Shown: positions 59,710 to 64,000 of the stretch, in pieces
How positions within the stretch are numbered: the stretch's first letter is position 1
Layout: the number at the start of each line of letters is the position of its first letter
From: Fistulifera solaris
Lineage: Eukaryota
Length of the DNA: 64,000 bases
Direction: 5' to 3'
NCBI GenBank assembly: GCA_030295235.1
Contig: AP026162.1
Location: 1,736,001 to 1,800,000, forward strand
Notes under the pieces: model-generated
Told to the model about the DNA's origin: nothing
What the model saw: only the letters and a program-made list of their open reading frames with translations
Database searches by the model: none
Position numbers and translations under genes: made by a program

Positions 59710-62700
59710 ATGGTGAAATTCACCGGCAGGCCCGATGAGGCACCTCTCTTGTCGAGCTCGTCTTCCATCGTTTCTTCCGATGATCGACGACACAACACAC
59801 CGGCACTTTCTTCCGGAGACCATAAGGGCGGATTTATCAGACTGTTTGCGAGGCATCGTCCCATCACACCGATAAGTAAGCCTCTCACGACAAAGACCCT
59901 GAAAACCGTCGATACGCGCTCTTTAGTCGTCGAGAAAGAATCTTTCAGAAAGACTGTACCCGCTACGAAGAGAACGAAAAACAATCTTCGCCCACAGCCT
60001 CTGCAAGAAAATAAAAAAGATTCGCGACGCAAACAGAGACCTCGCAAGGATGCGAATAAGTCCGATCCTGCCGCGGGTGACCTTACAGCAGTGATTTCAC
60101 AGGGCGACAGTACCACCGGATGCTCTCATACGGTAGCGACGACGCAGTCGGATGCCGGAGGTCATGAATTGCAGACATTTCATTCGCTGGGTGGCTCTAC
60201 GTCCCGGGAGGATCACGAGTATTATTCCTTTCCGGCTTCGTTTGACGCGGCAAAACATTGTGATGAAGTGCAACATTTATCGCCGCTGTCTTCCAACCGC
60301 TCTTCGGGCAAACAATTTACCAGCGGCGCATCGCAATCTTCTCCCGTTAAAGCTGGAAAAGTGCAACAAACGAATTCGATGAACGGCAGCGTAGCGGAAT
60401 GTCACGAAGTTGTAATATCAAAGCAAGTGTCGTCTTCGGCCGGCGAGACGCCGCCGTCGGTTTCTCGCGCGCTTCCTTCGGATTGTTCCAGTAGTACTGA
60501 GCAAGAGTCGACTTCACCCGAGAAAGAAACTTCTAGGAACAAAAGGAACATTGTGGAAACTAGTTCGCCCTCTTCTCTAGAAGGAAAGCCGAAATTGCAA
60601 ATGCATGAAGATGACACTCGAACTCCGAAAATTGTCGCGACTGTGAGTATCTCGCCAGTCAACGACACACTTCACGTTCCAGAGGACAAGTCTTCCCAAC
60701 CCGACATACCTGCGCGAACGAAGCGCCCATTAAGCAAAACGAAAGCGCTGTTGTCACGACCCTTTGGACGCTCGTCACTTCCCCCCTGAGATTATTCGCA
60801 AGTGGGTTGTGGAGGTGAGTCCAGCAGAATGGGATGCCGACGAAAGCGAATGGAAATATCGCCTACTGATTCAAAGCCGGCACGTCAACAAAGAGAGGAA
60901 GAATAACCCCGTGTTTCCATATCAGCAATCGTTTACGACGGCGTTCACATGGAGATCGATTGCTGACTTTTTGTGGTTAGAAGAGTCGCTGCAGCGTGAG
61001 TACCAAGGTGGGTTGTTGCTGCCAGATCTAAGTAAAGCTCTTCGCGGTCCGATCAACGGTAACATTCGAGAAACGCCGGTCGAGGCAGAAAAACTAAGAA
61101 ACTGGTTAAGCGATGTTTTGAATGGCGTGCGAGGACAGGGAGAACTTCTCATGGACTATGAAGCCGAGGGGATTCTTGGGTCCGAGAGTATGGAAGCATT
61201 TCTGTACCGAAGCTCGGGGCCCACTTCGCTCACTCGTTCCCCCGAGCCGAAATCGTCAACCCTTTCGCCTGATGAGACTCCAGCGACCTCCTTCATTGAG
61301 CATCTGTTCTCTCCGAATGGTATTCTGAGTCCATTTGCAGCTTGCGCGGGAACAACTAGTGGTCATGGAGACATGTCCAAGAGCAGACGCGCTGGTCTAT
61401 TAAAGCAAATCGATGCTATTTCATGCCAGTCTAGCGCCTTGGAAATCGACCGGTCTTTTGATCGACAGGAATCATTCTTGGATAGTGACCCGGTCATTCG
61501 AGAATGTCCGACGTTTTACTCGATGTTCATTGAAGCGGAGCAAGCTTTGCTTCGGAATTACCTGGCAACGGCTCATCGGACAACGGAAAAGCTGAATAAG
61601 TTAATCGACGAGGAAGAGAAGGCTGGATATGCTTGGAGCGTCTTTGTCCAAAGTCTCGTTATGCTTTTTGCCATTGAGAAGGAGTTCGAAAGCTCTCATA
61701 TCGCTGATTTAAAGCTTAAGCAGGAGAAAATACATTTTTGTCAAGTTGATAAAGATTTGGTTGAAGAGAGTCTTGAAGCTTTTACGAAAGCCAAAGTTGA
61801 CCGCGTGCTTCCTGCATTAAATGTATTCGGCGCTATGCTCCGAGCATATGTTGACGATTTAGAATCCATTGATCCAGCCTGCAAAGCGTTCGAGGATGCG
61901 CGAATAGATCTGATGAACATTCTGGAGGCACATGATCGCCCTGCATCACAGACATGGGAAGATAAAATAAAGGATATGGCGTCACGATCGTTCGGTTCTC
62001 ATGTAGCCCAAGAAAAGCAACTGGAGATGCAACTACAGAAAGAAGTGGAGAAGAATCGATTACTCAAGAATGAGAAACTTTTGTACAGATCATTGACCAC
62101 GTTTTGTCGCGGTGTTCCCATACGGTCGTCCCGGATGGCCTGGCGCTATTTGAATACAGAAGCGACTCAATGTGCCGCAATGTATGCTGCATCTGTCGCG
62201 CTACGTAAGAGCATAGCAGTTGGTGAAAAGGCGGCTTCAAAAAGGGTCGCTCGTCAGGTCCAGCAAGAAAGACAGGATTTTGAAGCAGAACTAGGTCTCG
62301 TGATGAAGATAATTGATCTTTCGCCACAAGGATCGAGTAGTAACGACGGAAAGAGAATCTTGGAATTAGCTCACGAACGCGCTGGAAAATGGGATCTAGC
62401 TCTAGCCAAAGTACTTCTCGAAAAAGTTGGCTTCACTGACACGGGAATGCAGCTGCCAGAACTCTCTCGAGACCTTGAATCGATTCGCAAGTATGCCTGT
62501 GGTTTACATGACAACTTGGATCGCTGCATTCGTTCCTTACACCAACTTCGCAAGGCATGCCTTGGTGGACGACAAGTCAACAAACAGAGAGGCCCTTTGG
62601 AGACTGCCAGAAATGAGTTTTTCAGCGAGCTTGCCAACCTGTTCAGTGGAACTTTTGTCAATGTCGACAAGCGATATTCAGAGCAACGAAAACAAGTTCT

Positions 62701-63391
62701 CAGCCAGGCTGGGATAGATACAAGCGACTCTTTTCAATGGAAAAGATTATGTCCGTCATCCCAGCAGAACGGAAGGGCAACATTCACACAGGGCAGTGCA
62801 GCTGATCTTATTAATGCGTACTTCGTCGAACGTGATTCTAAAATTGGTTGGATTTTTGACCAGCTGGCCCAGCTCTTACAAGACTATTTTAAACAAGTGG
62901 AGGTGATCGAGAACTTCGTCTATATGAATTATGTTGGAACTGAATTGGAGAGCTTTTTAAAGTCTAAACGGGCGGAGATGCTGTTCGCTTTTGAGAAGAA
63001 GACGGACGTAACAGCGGCAATCAATGTCGCCATGAAGAAGAGACTTCCTCATCTCGTATCCGAGTTACAAGTAAAGCTAGACGGATTCGGCCCTGACGTC
63101 TCGCAGACAAAATTGAAAGAGATGAAGGCATCTCATCTGGCGAGCAAAGAGATCAAAGCTGAATTGCACGAGCTTTCATTGAGGCGTTTCGTTCGTTCTC
63201 GAGAAGCGTCGACCGAGAAAGTTATTTCGTTAATTAAATTTCTTTCAAGAGAAGTTGAAAACACTTCGACTCAGGAACTAAAAGCGTTAGGGGAAGCAAT
63301 GGCAGTTCTCGAACGAAGTATTGACAAAGAAGATTTTGATACCGTCGTATATAAGCTTTCGAAGAAAAGCCTGAAGGCTGAGATGACATAA
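59710..63391 (+). CDS. PX-domain (sorting nexin-like) protein with disordered N-terminus and helical C-terminus
   Basis: WKYRLLI..TWRSIADFLWLEESLQREY.G.LLP resembles a PX domain. Two ORFs are joined by an indel at a C-run ~60785. Confidence 0.6.
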
Positions 63392-63471
63392 AGCATTATA
63401 AAATCAAAGATCATTTGTGATTACTTAGTTTCAATAACATGTAAAGTGTGGTGATTATAGCAGTACATTAC

Positions 63472-64000
63472 TTAACGGGACAGTGGGGAGAAGCGCCTTA
63501 TTAGATCCACGACCCGAAGAGGTACATCTGCATCAGAACGGGCGCTTCCCTTGCTTCGCATAGACTCGTTATCTGAGCTGTACGGGTCTACATCCACGTG
63601 GGCAGGGGCCAAAGGGTCGTGATGATAGATTGAGTCCTCATCATGCACTGCTTCGCCAAGCCTGATCATGTGCTCGTACGACGACAAGTCTCCCAGCTGA
63701 TGTTCTAATGTATCTTCCCCAAATTCCATACTGTGCCCGCCTTCAGAAGCACAATCTTCCGTACCAGCTTTCGTCGATATTCCCCACATGGACTGAGTGT
63801 CGTCGCACATGTGAGTTTGGTGAATGTTGTTTCCGACTCCAGAAGATGAGTACATAGTAGCTCCCCCAATGTATGTCTCTCCGGCCACAGTAATGTGCTG
63901 TCCATCAAAGGTCAATTTGTCCAGATCAACATAGGAACTGCGCTTTCGGTAAAAAGCGACTCCAATTAGAAGTGCAATGAAAGCACCTGCACTTGCCGAT
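63472..64000 (-). CDS. 3' end of type-I membrane protein C (relative of protein A), partial
   Basis: Frame is open to the window edge: SASAGAFIALLIGVAFY-RKR...DGQHITVAGETYIG. Confidence 0.75.
   Translation of the reverse strand, partial: SASAGAFIALLIGVAFYRKRSSYVDLDKLTFDGQHITVAGETYIGGATMYSSSGVGNNIHQTHMCDDTQSMWGISTKAGTEDCASEGGHSMEFGEDTLEHQLGDLSSYEHMIRLGEAVHDEDSIYHHDPLAPAHVDVDPYSSDNESMRSKGSARSDADVPLRVVDLIRRFSPLSR

Overview
Gene-dense eukaryotic nuclear DNA, very probably from a diatom. Support: short GT-AG introns, bipartite signal peptide + ASAF-type plastid presequences, a CoDi-type Ty1/copia element, and Lys/Ser/Gly-rich RXL proteins. There are about 25 protein genes. Many are broken by 1-bp indels, often in homopolymers, most likely uncorrected long-read errors. 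The window opens with an exact 442-bp copy of 8424-8865 joined to a 5'-truncated copia element. Highlights: (1) a Roco protein (LRR-Roc-COR) ending in a trypsin-like protease with an intact His-Asp-Ser triad instead of a kinase; (2) a HOP2-like gene with three copies of an unrecognised Cys4/GGWP module; (3) three related membrane proteins resembling silica-wall proteins; (4) two inverted palindromic satellite arrays flanking a PspA-like gene; (5) a probable 181-bp Helitron between two tandem kinase paralogues. All family calls come from motif recognition by eye; no searches were run.
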